From positions 55,583 through 119,582 of the forward strand of contig NQOV01000007.1 of NCBI GenBank assembly GCA_002632265.1: a stretch of DNA of 64,000 bases, given 5' to 3'. Positions 1 to 8,554 of this stretch are shown here, in pieces (position 1 is the stretch's first letter; each line of letters starts with the position of its first letter). Both the position numbers and the translations under genes were made by a program. Source of the stretch: Rhodospirillaceae bacterium MC! (GTDB lineage Bacteria > Pseudomonadota > Alphaproteobacteria > MC1). The notes beneath the pieces are model-generated. The model was not told the origin of the DNA. It searched no databases and worked only from the letters and a program-made list of their open reading frames with translations.

Positions 1-542
1 TCAATATTCTGTTTTTTATCTGTTAATCTTGCGTATCTAGTGTATATACGATCATTATATTTTATATTTATTGTTCCTATTTGCCCACTATAAATGGGAA
101 TAACAACTACGGCTTCTAAACCAATGAAATCCTTTTCATTAATGGCCGTATCTATAGTTCTAATAAATAATTTTGTTATATACTTAGTCATGAAAAACGC
201 TATTAGACCAGTAATCACTGCCACAATAAAAACACTTAACACAGGTTGATGAAAAAGAGTAGCTATAACTCCCACAGATCCGAAACCCATGGAAAAATAA
301 AAGCTAAACCTTAAAATAAACATTATCACAGAAATAAAAACATTATTTTCTCTATGTATTTCCAAAGTATCAATAGATCCAGCAGTTTCTAAGGACACAT
401 CCGCATAAATGGAGTTATCCATATCCACAGAGCTACCTAGATCAGCAGAGCTACCCATATCCACAGAGCTACCCATATCCCCAGATGTATCCATATCAAC
501 GGAGCTATCCATATCTACAGATGTATCCACAGACGTATCCAT
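1..542 (-). CDS. NfeD-like membrane protein (partial; C-terminus beyond window start). N-terminal DMD(S/T)SV hexapeptide repeats, TM segments and a C-terminal OB-fold-like segment. The start is uncertain: an in-frame hydrophobic N-extension reaches ~640 with no ATG.
   Basis: Manual minus-strand translation gives ...VDMDTSVDTSVDMDSSVDMDTSGDMGSSVDMGSSADLGSSVDMDNS..., then hydrophobic helices, then ...GLEAVVVIPIYSGQIGTINIKYNDRIYTRYARLTD. The last segment resembles NfeD C-terminal beta-barrel motifs. The ORF runs off the window and is not in the supplied track. Confidence 0.3.
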   Translation of the reverse strand, partial: MDTSVDTSVDMDSSVDMDTSGDMGSSVDMGSSADLGSSVDMDNSIYADVSLETAGSIDTLEIHRENNVFISVIMFILRFSFYFSMGFGSVGVIATLFHQPVLSVFIVAVITGLIAFFMTKYITKLFIRTIDTAINEKDFIGLEAVVVIPIYSGQIGTINIKYNDRIYTRYARLTDKKQNI

Positions 543-545
543 ATC
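421..545. repeat. Imperfect 18-bp tandem repeats (ccatatccacagagctac-like, ~7 copies) encoding the hexapeptide repeats of the partial ORF.
   Basis: Direct reading: atatccacagagctacc / catatccacagagctacc / catatccccagatgtatc / catatcaacggagctatc ... Confidence 0.6.
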
Positions 546-945
546 CACATTAACATCTTCAAAATGAATGTGAAATATATTTAAGATATTAAGTAAAGCA
601 ATAATCAGAGCAAAACAAAGAAAAATTATATATATTGTTAACACTTTTTTAACCCTTTTATAATATTTATCATTTTTAGAGTATCATAGCCACATATTAA
701 TTACAATATATTTTTAGAAAAAAATTTAAAATAATCAGAACATAGCGTAAAATAAATTTACTCAATAAAATATCATATTTCGTTTATTATAGCACAACAG
801 CACTCATAATACCTAGTACAGTAAGAGTTAAGTATTTTACTCATCCCATATGGAAAATTTTTCTTTTTGATTCTTAATAAATAAAAATATAACATAATTC
901 TATCACATTTGGGATGATCTAGCCATTTATAATATTTTATGACAC

Positions 946-994
946 ATTTAACTTGAGAATATTTAACTTGAGAATACTTAACTTGAAAATACTG
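946..994. repeat. Three tandem copies of a ~16-17 bp unit (tttaacttgagaatac), immediately 3' of the 1003-aa gene.
   Basis: Direct reading of 941..1000: cattta acttgagaat atttaacttg agaatactta acttgaaaat ac. Confidence 0.6.
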
Positions 995-999
995 AACAA

Positions 1000-3900
1000 T
1001 TACTTTTCCACAACAGTCATATTTTTAGGATCTAAAACGCTATTTTTTACTTTTAGATGTAAATGAATACTATAATAGTTAGAATACAATCTTGATAAAT
1101 TGGTTTCAATAAAATGAAGCTCTCTATTTTTAATGGGATGTTTTAGAACGTTTTTACCATATGTACTTTCGCACCCTTTGAGATTCTCACATGCTATGGC
1201 AGGCGTATCGGCGTTGCTTGTAAGGATATCTTTATTTATGATAATTTTCTTATTATTTTCATTAAAATCCTTTACCATAAGTAAGGAATAAAACTTGCGG
1301 AAAGCTTGTATGGGATAAACTTTTGTTTCAAGTTTACTATCGCCAAAGCTATGATCAGCTACAAGGACTATTTTAGTATTATCATAGATATCATTAGCCT
1401 TTAGCCAATCAATAAACTTCGAAATGTAACGAATAGTACATTTACCGCTTGTATAATGGGCGTTATTGGTGATACTACTATTGGGAGTATACAATGTTTG
1501 ATTATTAAAAGTATCAGGCAAACAAGTACTACTATTATAAGCATAAGGCGGATGGGTTAAGGTGGTTTGATAGAATTTAAATGTTGCTTGCTTGGAATTC
1601 GTATCACTAATATACGGCAATGAGGCTACAAAATTTAACTTATGAAAGATATATGAATAATCTTTATTTGATGTTAACCAATTACCACCATTATATATGT
1701 ATGGACGTATATAATAAGGAGCTATCTTGAAAATTGAAACCCACGCTACTTTTAACGGATTACTTGTTCTCTTATTTTTTAATAGCTCAACAGCTTGGGG
1801 AGATATCTTTTTCCAATAGGGTGTATAATCGGCATTTGCATTGGACCAATCTTCAATACAATTATCTATGAGATCCTTATATGAGTAGCAGTTTTTCCCT
1901 GCATATGCAAGCATTTGCGGTCTTACTAAGCTCGTATTATAATCATTATCCTTAAAGATTTTTAGCAGTCTTTTATATGATAGAACAAAATTACCTAATA
2001 TTGTACCTTTGCGTTCTTTATTTTGAATGTATGGTGTATATTTTAATCCGCCTACGATTCCATATAAGCCTGCATAAGTTCCTGCTCCTACGGATATACT
2101 ATTGGAATATAAGGTAAATCCTGTATAGCTATTTAGATAATTAAAATCTTCTTTGATCATTTGAGATACAAATTCGTTAGTAAAACCATCTGTCATAAAT
2201 ACAACAACGTTCTTCTTATCTTTGGAAAAACTTGTGGTATTCATGGACGGCGATCCCATTAGATTCTTAGATATTACCATATTATTCTTTACAGTGCGAA
2301 GTTTATTAAAGTTTGTTATGTTCACTTTGTAATATAATCCCGCTCCCACTGATACAATAAAAAGCAAAGCCACTACAGTTTTTAAGGATGTTAAATATTT
2401 TGATCTCGCAATAATTAAGGCCAGCAAAAAGAATCCTGAAAGTAATAGGATGTCTTTTAATATAGTGATTTTTGCGAATAATTTATTGGTATCATTAAAG
2501 GCAAATCCTGTCATTAACCCGTAATCTCCTTTAAATACAAAGGCATATACTAAAGCTGAAAATAGAAAGCCAAAACAAAATAAGCTAAAGGTCTTCAATA
2601 TCTTTTTAGGTAAGATGTTGTAAATCATCAATAAAATAAAAACAATAACTCCAGCAATGGGGAGAGTGGTATTCATTACCGCATCAGGTTGTAAATCGAA
2701 TGCGGTTTTGTCGTTACTCATTAGGGAAAAAGGAAAATACCAAAACAATATGCTTGATAATGATAAAAGCGACAGCAAAAACAAACTAAAATATTTATGA
2801 ACACTCTCTTTATGTATATTATCTTTATGTATATTATCTTTATGAACACTATCTTTATCAACCATAATTCCATAAGCTCGCACGAGCCATAGACCATTGA
2901 TAATATTAAATATTAGTTCTATCCCTAAGATATCACGGCGATAAGCGTTGATATTCCCAACTCCATAAAATAGTAAATATACATGAATGAATAATAGAAC
3001 GATAATAATAAAATTTAGAATCGCTAAAACAATACAAGTTGTATTTTTCTTAAAATTAAAAAGAAACTGACCCAAACCACAAACAAAAAATACGGATAAT
3101 ATCAAAATTATTGAATTGTAATTGGATACATACTTAGGCGTTGCCGTAGTTACGGTAAATATGGTGTAAGATAAAGCAAAAAACAACACTAACAGACTAA
3201 AAGATATGGCTAGAAAAAGGTTAGAGTAAATAAAATTCTCACTAATATAATCTAACAATCTCTCGCCTTTTTTCCCTTTTAAATGGACTTGTGTATTAAC
3301 TGGCGAAGATATTTTGCCTTGTGTATTTTGCTTTCTAGATCTGTATTGATCCAGCATGTTATAAACGATATTTTTCCCTAAAGAGAAGATATTATTTAAA
3401 GTCCAATATAAAACCAAGGCCACAGGGGAATTATATAATAATACTAGAAATAAAATTGAGAGAACCCACAATTGGATCTTGTCTTTTTTGCCGAGGTTTT
3501 TTGTGTAGATATAAGCACTGGCGATGTTAATAACTGTCATTAATATGGGCATAACATTTATATGGAAGTTGGCAATAGATATCAAGTTATCAGGTTTTGC
3601 CAGATCCTTAAATATCATGAATGACACGCCATTTAAGGCAGTATAATGGCTTAACAAATGGTAAGCAGAAAAGAAAAATGGTACTTGAATTAAAAAACCA
3701 AAGCTTGTACGCACGGCCATAATTGGATGATATTTGTGTAATTTATAAATAAAATTCATCATCATCATACGTTCTTGTTTTATGAAGTTCTCTTTTACGA
3801 AATCCACTTCGCTTTTCATTTTTGCTTGGATAGAACGTTCGGAATTCTGCCACACTTCGGCAAGATTATACAAAGGCAACAGGATAATATTCACAACAAG

Positions 3901-4011
3901 ACTTAAAATAATAATCGCCACACCGTAAGATAAAAAGGCAATATAAGATTTTTTTAGTACTAAATCCATGATCAATTCTAGCGGTGCGATTAATAATAAA
4001 TATAAAAACAT
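1000..4011 (-). CDS. Fusion protein. It has an N-terminal YidC/Oxa1-family insertase core (~230 aa), a central polytopic membrane domain with a (KDNIH)x2 repeat, and a C-terminal extracytoplasmic LtaS/MdoB-like sulfatase (alkaline phosphatase superfamily) domain.
   Basis: The N-terminus matches the YidC core (…PLYNLAEVWQNSERSIQ…MQ…FGFLIQVPFFFSAYHLL…PVALVLYWTLNNIFSLGKNIVYN). The C-terminus has the sulfatase/LtaS pattern (KKNVVVFMTDGFTNEF … VLVADHSFGD). Multiple hydrophobic helices lie between. It is a single uninterrupted 1003-aa ORF. Confidence 0.6.
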   Translation of the reverse strand: MFLYLLLIAPLELIMDLVLKKSYIAFLSYGVAIIILSLVVNIILLPLYNLAEVWQNSERSIQAKMKSEVDFVKENFIKQERMMMMNFIYKLHKYHPIMAVRTSFGFLIQVPFFFSAYHLLSHYTALNGVSFMIFKDLAKPDNLISIANFHINVMPILMTVINIASAYIYTKNLGKKDKIQLWVLSILFLVLLYNSPVALVLYWTLNNIFSLGKNIVYNMLDQYRSRKQNTQGKISSPVNTQVHLKGKKGERLLDYISENFIYSNLFLAISFSLLVLFFALSYTIFTVTTATPKYVSNYNSIILILSVFFVCGLGQFLFNFKKNTTCIVLAILNFIIIVLLFIHVYLLFYGVGNINAYRRDILGIELIFNIINGLWLVRAYGIMVDKDSVHKDNIHKDNIHKESVHKYFSLFLLSLLSLSSILFWYFPFSLMSNDKTAFDLQPDAVMNTTLPIAGVIVFILLMIYNILPKKILKTFSLFCFGFLFSALVYAFVFKGDYGLMTGFAFNDTNKLFAKITILKDILLLSGFFLLALIIARSKYLTSLKTVVALLFIVSVGAGLYYKVNITNFNKLRTVKNNMVISKNLMGSPSMNTTSFSKDKKNVVVFMTDGFTNEFVSQMIKEDFNYLNSYTGFTLYSNSISVGAGTYAGLYGIVGGLKYTPYIQNKERKGTILGNFVLSYKRLLKIFKDNDYNTSLVRPQMLAYAGKNCYSYKDLIDNCIEDWSNANADYTPYWKKISPQAVELLKNKRTSNPLKVAWVSIFKIAPYYIRPYIYNGGNWLTSNKDYSYIFHKLNFVASLPYISDTNSKQATFKFYQTTLTHPPYAYNSSTCLPDTFNNQTLYTPNSSITNNAHYTSGKCTIRYISKFIDWLKANDIYDNTKIVLVADHSFGDSKLETKVYPIQAFRKFYSLLMVKDFNENNKKIIINKDILTSNADTPAIACENLKGCESTYGKNVLKHPIKNRELHFIETNLSRLYSNYYSIHLHLKVKNSVLDPKNMTVVEK

Positions 4012-4049
4012 GTTATTTCCTTTTTTCCTGTGTTTTGTCTTGTGTTCTT

Positions 4050-5348
4050 TTATTGTGAGCGGTGTTCGTCATAGAGTTTCATTAAAGTATCGGCGGCCAC
4101 CTTTGCCACATTTCCGTAATTATATAAACTTTTATTACGTAATTTTGCGATGTTTTCCTTAAAGTTTTGATTAGCCAATAAGTCGGAAATAACATCCGTG
4201 ATATTATCTATTTCTTTTAAGGATATTTGCTGACCCATGTCATTTAATATGCCCAATTCCCAAGCATTTTTCCCTAAGAAGTGGCCATCAGTACCGCCCC
4301 AATTGGCTTTAAATTTCATAGTAATTACAGGCTTTTGGAAAACAAAAGCATAATCAAAAATCACGCCAGACATATCAGAGATCATTATATGGCTATTCAT
4401 TAAGACATGAAAATTATCAGCCGAGTTATCCCATTCTAGATTTTCAAAGGATTTAAGATCATCTTTTATGCTCGCTATCATCTCGGATTCGGAAATAAAA
4501 CTCTGCGGATGAGGACGAATAATAACTTTATGCCCTGTTTCTAGTATACTTTTTATGAAATTCGAGCCGAACATTTTCAACAAGCCATTATTTCCCCATG
4601 TGGGAGCGATGAGAATGGTCTTAGTTTGCTCATTGGCTATAACAGGAGCTTTGTAATTCTTGATTCTTTCTTGTAATTCATCCATATATGGAACACCTAC
4701 ATTATAGATATCTTTCTTTTTAGTATCTCTTAAGCTTTCCAACTTACGTAAATTTATGCTTTGATGTTCGCCACTTACCATGATACTATCATAGCAATCA
4801 AAGGAAAAAAGCTTATACAAGGCAACATCTGTACAGGCATGAAAAATATAAGTATAATGTTTCACGCCACGGGATTTTTTAATCTGTAACACATCCAAGC
4901 CCGGAGTGGTTGAGACGAAAATATCGGCCTCGAGCATATTTAAAGTGATAAATGCCGAATTGCCTGTGCCTATATATACGCTCTCCACTAGCTCGGAAGA
5001 GAATTTTAAGCCTAAATCCTGCTCATCGGAGCTAAGATAAGCACATTTTACATTACGGCGAGATAATTCTTCAATGATTGGCTTGAAAGTATGCCAATAC
5101 TGTCCACCTTCCGAATAGAAAACAATAGAATATCGGCTTTTTTGCTTTACTTTTAGCCCAAAAAGACCCAAAACAAAGGATTTTATGTTATAATAAGTAT
5201 TTTTTAGCACGAAAAAAGTCGTTGCCACAATTCCCAAGATAGCCGAAAGTAACATACTTCCAGTACCAGGATCTAGATAAGCATATGAATTATTTATAAA
5301 TATACTCATATAGAATAAAGATAAAAAGGCAACAGATAAAATTTTCAT
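4050..5348 (-). CDS. CDP-glycerol glycerophosphotransferase family protein (TagF/TagB-like) with an N-terminal signal/TM segment.
   Basis: The motifs LIAPTWGNNG and IIRPHPQ match the TagF family motifs YAPTWR and HP. The gene sits in an operon with tagD. Confidence 0.65.
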   Translation of the reverse strand: MKILSVAFLSLFYMSIFINNSYAYLDPGTGSMLLSAILGIVATTFFVLKNTYYNIKSFVLGLFGLKVKQKSRYSIVFYSEGGQYWHTFKPIIEELSRRNVKCAYLSSDEQDLGLKFSSELVESVYIGTGNSAFITLNMLEADIFVSTTPGLDVLQIKKSRGVKHYTYIFHACTDVALYKLFSFDCYDSIMVSGEHQSINLRKLESLRDTKKKDIYNVGVPYMDELQERIKNYKAPVIANEQTKTILIAPTWGNNGLLKMFGSNFIKSILETGHKVIIRPHPQSFISESEMIASIKDDLKSFENLEWDNSADNFHVLMNSHIMISDMSGVIFDYAFVFQKPVITMKFKANWGGTDGHFLGKNAWELGILNDMGQQISLKEIDNITDVISDLLANQNFKENIAKLRNKSLYNYGNVAKVAADTLMKLYDEHRSQ

Positions 5349-5363
5349 AAAAAACCTTTATTT

Positions 5364-6257
5364 TTATTTGTAAATGGTTACCAAGATACTACCTGCTAAA
5401 ATGAATCCTGTAGCGGTTAATCTTGACATGATATTTTTTTCTTTTAAAATAAATTTTGCTAAAATTACAGATATGGGAATATCCCACAAACGTAAACTAT
5501 TTACAAGAACCATATCGCCATTCATACTTTCGGCTAGCAGAATTAAAAAGTAAGAAATATAATCAGTAATCGAGGCTGTAAGCAGTCTTACGGCATTCTT
5601 TTTATAGATTATAAATAGATTCGGTATGTATCTCAACTTGCTTTTAGACGCTCCAAAGCCAATAATAAAAAACAACAACGTACAGAATAATAGGTTATAA
5701 AACAAATATGTTGACGGTGCAGGCTTGATTTCTGCTGGTACTTGCATGGCACGAGCGTCGGCGATGAAGTAGATTACAGATCCCAATAGAGCCATTAAAG
5801 CAAAGAGAATCGAGGATTTATTTTCCTTTCTAAATGATCCCTTTTTAATGACTGTCCAACCGTTATATATTACGATTACACCGAAGATAATTAAGGCTAT
5901 TCCAATTAAAAAGTATGGTTTGTATGTGGTATCCCACAAGATATAATTTACAAAAGCAATCAAAAATGGCGATGATCTAAATATGGGAAAATACACCGAG
6001 ATATCGCCCTTTTTCAAGGCAAAAGCAATCCCTGCATAATACAATAAGTTACCAAATGCACTTAGGATACAGTAATAAAATGTCAAATCTGCCATTTGCC
6101 AACTTGATTGAGTTATAAGGGTTTGAATTCCTGCAATGGGGACCCAACCTGCAACCGCCAATAAATATAAATCATAACGTGGCTCTTTTCCCTTTAAGAC
6201 AAGATCTCTTAAGGGATGAAAGATAGCTGATAATAATGCGTAAATAGTAACAATCAT
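5364..6257 (-). CDS. Polytopic inner-membrane protein, EamA/DMT-like, ~10 TM.
   Basis: 297 aa that are almost entirely hydrophobic helices. A two-repeat architecture is suggested. No catalytic motif was recognised. Confidence 0.3.
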   Translation of the reverse strand: MIVTIYALLSAIFHPLRDLVLKGKEPRYDLYLLAVAGWVPIAGIQTLITQSSWQMADLTFYYCILSAFGNLLYYAGIAFALKKGDISVYFPIFRSSPFLIAFVNYILWDTTYKPYFLIGIALIIFGVIVIYNGWTVIKKGSFRKENKSSILFALMALLGSVIYFIADARAMQVPAEIKPAPSTYLFYNLLFCTLLFFIIGFGASKSKLRYIPNLFIIYKKNAVRLLTASITDYISYFLILLAESMNGDMVLVNSLRLWDIPISVILAKFILKEKNIMSRLTATGFILAGSILVTIYK

Positions 6258-6275
6258 GCGTAAATTTTCTCCAAC

Positions 6276-6749
6276 TTAATCCAGTTTAAATTCTTTAGAT
6301 ATAAACTCAATCATTGTTTTAGCAAATAATTGAGTGGTATCATTTTGTTTATTGTTCGTGTTCATTTGGACGATAGTATTAAGCACTCTTTGACGAATCA
6401 ACGAGCTACTAATCCCTTGAGTACGTGGGAAAATTTTTAGTTTATCTTTCGGCACATCATTCACATTATCATCTCCATGGACTAGAAGATCAATGTTGTG
6501 TTTAATTAGGAAATCATTGTCGACCAACCAGTCAGTAGGCACTACTTCATCCACATATCTTATGGCGTAAAGGATTTCCGCTCGTTGATCATAGGTAAGT
6601 TCTGGCGTGTATCCCTTAGAACCTTCGACAGCGTCATCACGAGATAGGGCAATAATCACAGTACCACCCAACTCTTTAGCTTTTTTCATTAATCTAACAT
6701 GCCCATGATGTAAAATTGTAGCTGACATATCAACCATGATTCTTTGCAT
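6276..6749 (-). CDS. tagD: Glycerol-3-phosphate cytidylyltransferase (CDP-glycerol synthesis).
   Basis: The HxGH nucleotidyltransferase motif (TILHHGHVRLMKKAKELG) and RYVDEVV are collinear with B. subtilis TagD (~130 aa core). Confidence 0.8.
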   Translation of the reverse strand: MQRIMVDMSATILHHGHVRLMKKAKELGGTVIIALSRDDAVEGSKGYTPELTYDQRAEILYAIRYVDEVVPTDWLVDNDFLIKHNIDLLVHGDDNVNDVPKDKLKIFPRTQGISSSLIRQRVLNTIVQMNTNNKQNDTTQLFAKTMIEFISKEFKLD

Positions 6750-6822
6750 GACTCAAATACTTTCAAATATATAACAATAATTTAAGGAAAATATTATCAT
6801 AAATGTTAAGATATTGCAAGAA

Positions 6823-8238
6823 TTATTTATTCTCTTGATTTTTTATCATTTTGGGTTTGATCTTTTTGTGAAGTATGTATATGAATACGGGAGTTGCCAC
6901 AAGTACATTAACCAATCCGCCTGATACATGAGCATATAAGGGCGACATTACTCCAGCAAAAGAGTAAAATTTACTTAAATATATATCAAAAACATAAGAC
7001 ATAGGGGCGGTATAAATTACCATGCGGAAAAAGTTAAAGAATGTAGCTAATAATGGATGACCAGAGGCTATAAATATACCGTTTAAACAAAAAGATATGG
7101 TTAAAACGATCCATAAAGGGGTTAAGTAGTTAAAATATTGGTTAAACATGTGTTTTGTTAGTTCGTTATGTTCCAAAGAGAATATACGAATCAGTAAATT
7201 AGTTCCGCCCAATAACAGACCTGCCCAGATGATAAGCACGTAGATAATGGTTATAACGATCGCCCATTTGGTAGTACCGACCAAGCGTGAATAATTTTTC
7301 GCTCCGTAATTTTGCGAGATTATAGGGCTGATCGCTCCACCGATCCCAAAGGCAAGCGAGCCGAATATCAGCGGTATCACTCTGTTAATTATGGCCATTG
7401 ATGACATTACTTCCGTGCCGTGTTTTGACGCAATATGAGTACCAACCATGGATGTAATAGTCGGCGAAACCATGGTGAAAGCAGTGGAAAAGAAGTATTT
7501 TAGTGATCTTTTCACATCCATAAAGAACCATTTTCTAGATGTTTTCACAATAATTTTTAATTTCAAATGAACTTGGGAAAAGGTTATAACTAAGGTAATT
7601 AATGCAGATATCAGCGAGGCCCAGGCTGCACCGTCTACCCCTTGATGTAAGTAAAAGATGAAGATTGGATCTAAAATGGCATTGATTGCCGACATGGTAA
7701 TATTAATAAATAGAACCCCTTTAGCGTCCCCCGTTGCGGATCTGATACCGTTGAGAATCATAATGAGATTGGCAAATATGACAAAAACCAACATAATAGA
7801 ACCGTAGGACATGGCATAATCATATGTTATCCCATTCGCTCCGAGCATTTTGTAGAAAAATGACTGGATACTAAAGCCAACTATTAAAACTACAGCCAGA
7901 AGTATCACACTTAGGATGATCATATTAGTAGCATAAAGGCGAAATTTGTTAGGACGATTCAAGCCAATTAAATGCCCACTTATGGTCGCCGCCGCCGTAG
8001 ATAATCCCGCTGCTACTGGGAAAAGGAAGAATAACAGCGTACCTGTGTAACCAATAGATGCGGTAATATGAATGTCGTGAAGTTTTGATAGAAATAACAC
8101 ATCCACCAACTGCACCACCGACAAAGCTAAAATACTCAAAGCCGATGATGAAAGCATGGCAAGAATATGCTTTAACAAAGATCCTGTTAAGAATTTACCG
8201 TATGTACTAGTTCTTTCTTTGATTAAATTATCAGCCAT
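6823..8238 (-). CDS. MATE/MOP-superfamily transporter (12 TM). Given the context it is possibly a polymer/lipid-linked precursor flippase.
   Basis: 471 aa with the MATE-like N-terminal pattern (KHILAMLSSSALSILALSVVQLVDVLFLSKL). It is the first gene of the minus-strand operon, preceded by a 316-bp AT-rich region. Confidence 0.55.
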   Translation of the reverse strand: MADNLIKERTSTYGKFLTGSLLKHILAMLSSSALSILALSVVQLVDVLFLSKLHDIHITASIGYTGTLLFFLFPVAAGLSTAAATISGHLIGLNRPNKFRLYATNMIILSVILLAVVLIVGFSIQSFFYKMLGANGITYDYAMSYGSIMLVFVIFANLIMILNGIRSATGDAKGVLFINITMSAINAILDPIFIFYLHQGVDGAAWASLISALITLVITFSQVHLKLKIIVKTSRKWFFMDVKRSLKYFFSTAFTMVSPTITSMVGTHIASKHGTEVMSSMAIINRVIPLIFGSLAFGIGGAISPIISQNYGAKNYSRLVGTTKWAIVITIIYVLIIWAGLLLGGTNLLIRIFSLEHNELTKHMFNQYFNYLTPLWIVLTISFCLNGIFIASGHPLLATFFNFFRMVIYTAPMSYVFDIYLSKFYSFAGVMSPLYAHVSGGLVNVLVATPVFIYILHKKIKPKMIKNQENK

Positions 8239-8554
8239 AATCTTTACCCCTATCCCTATTATATTCCACTTAACTTTATACTAATTTTTTATTTGTTGTT
8301 CTTGATACTGTTTTTATATTCCATATTATCTATAACATATTATCTATGAGCTATGAATTATTTTATATTCATTTAATATGATATCATAAAAAAAACAATA
8401 GTAAAACAAAAATATTTTATATTACTATAAAAAATAAAAAAGAGAAGAGTAAATATAATTACTCTTCTCTTTTTATTAACTTTAACAATCACTTATCACA
8501 GTCATTAAAAATATCGTACAAGATTTTTAATGGGGGCGAAAATCTATATTATAA

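Noticed and set aside
1000-4011. Possibility that the 1003-aa ORF is two adjacent genes (yidC and an ltaS-like gene) called as one.
   Set aside because: The supplied translation shows no in-frame stop across the junction, and hydrophobic helices continue through it. It is kept as a fusion but flagged for verification in findings.
3968-4162. 64-aa plus-strand ORF bridging the LtaS-fusion gene and the TagF-like gene.
   Set aside because: It overlaps the 5' end of one gene and the 3' end of another in a tight operon, and its composition is that of an antisense reading.
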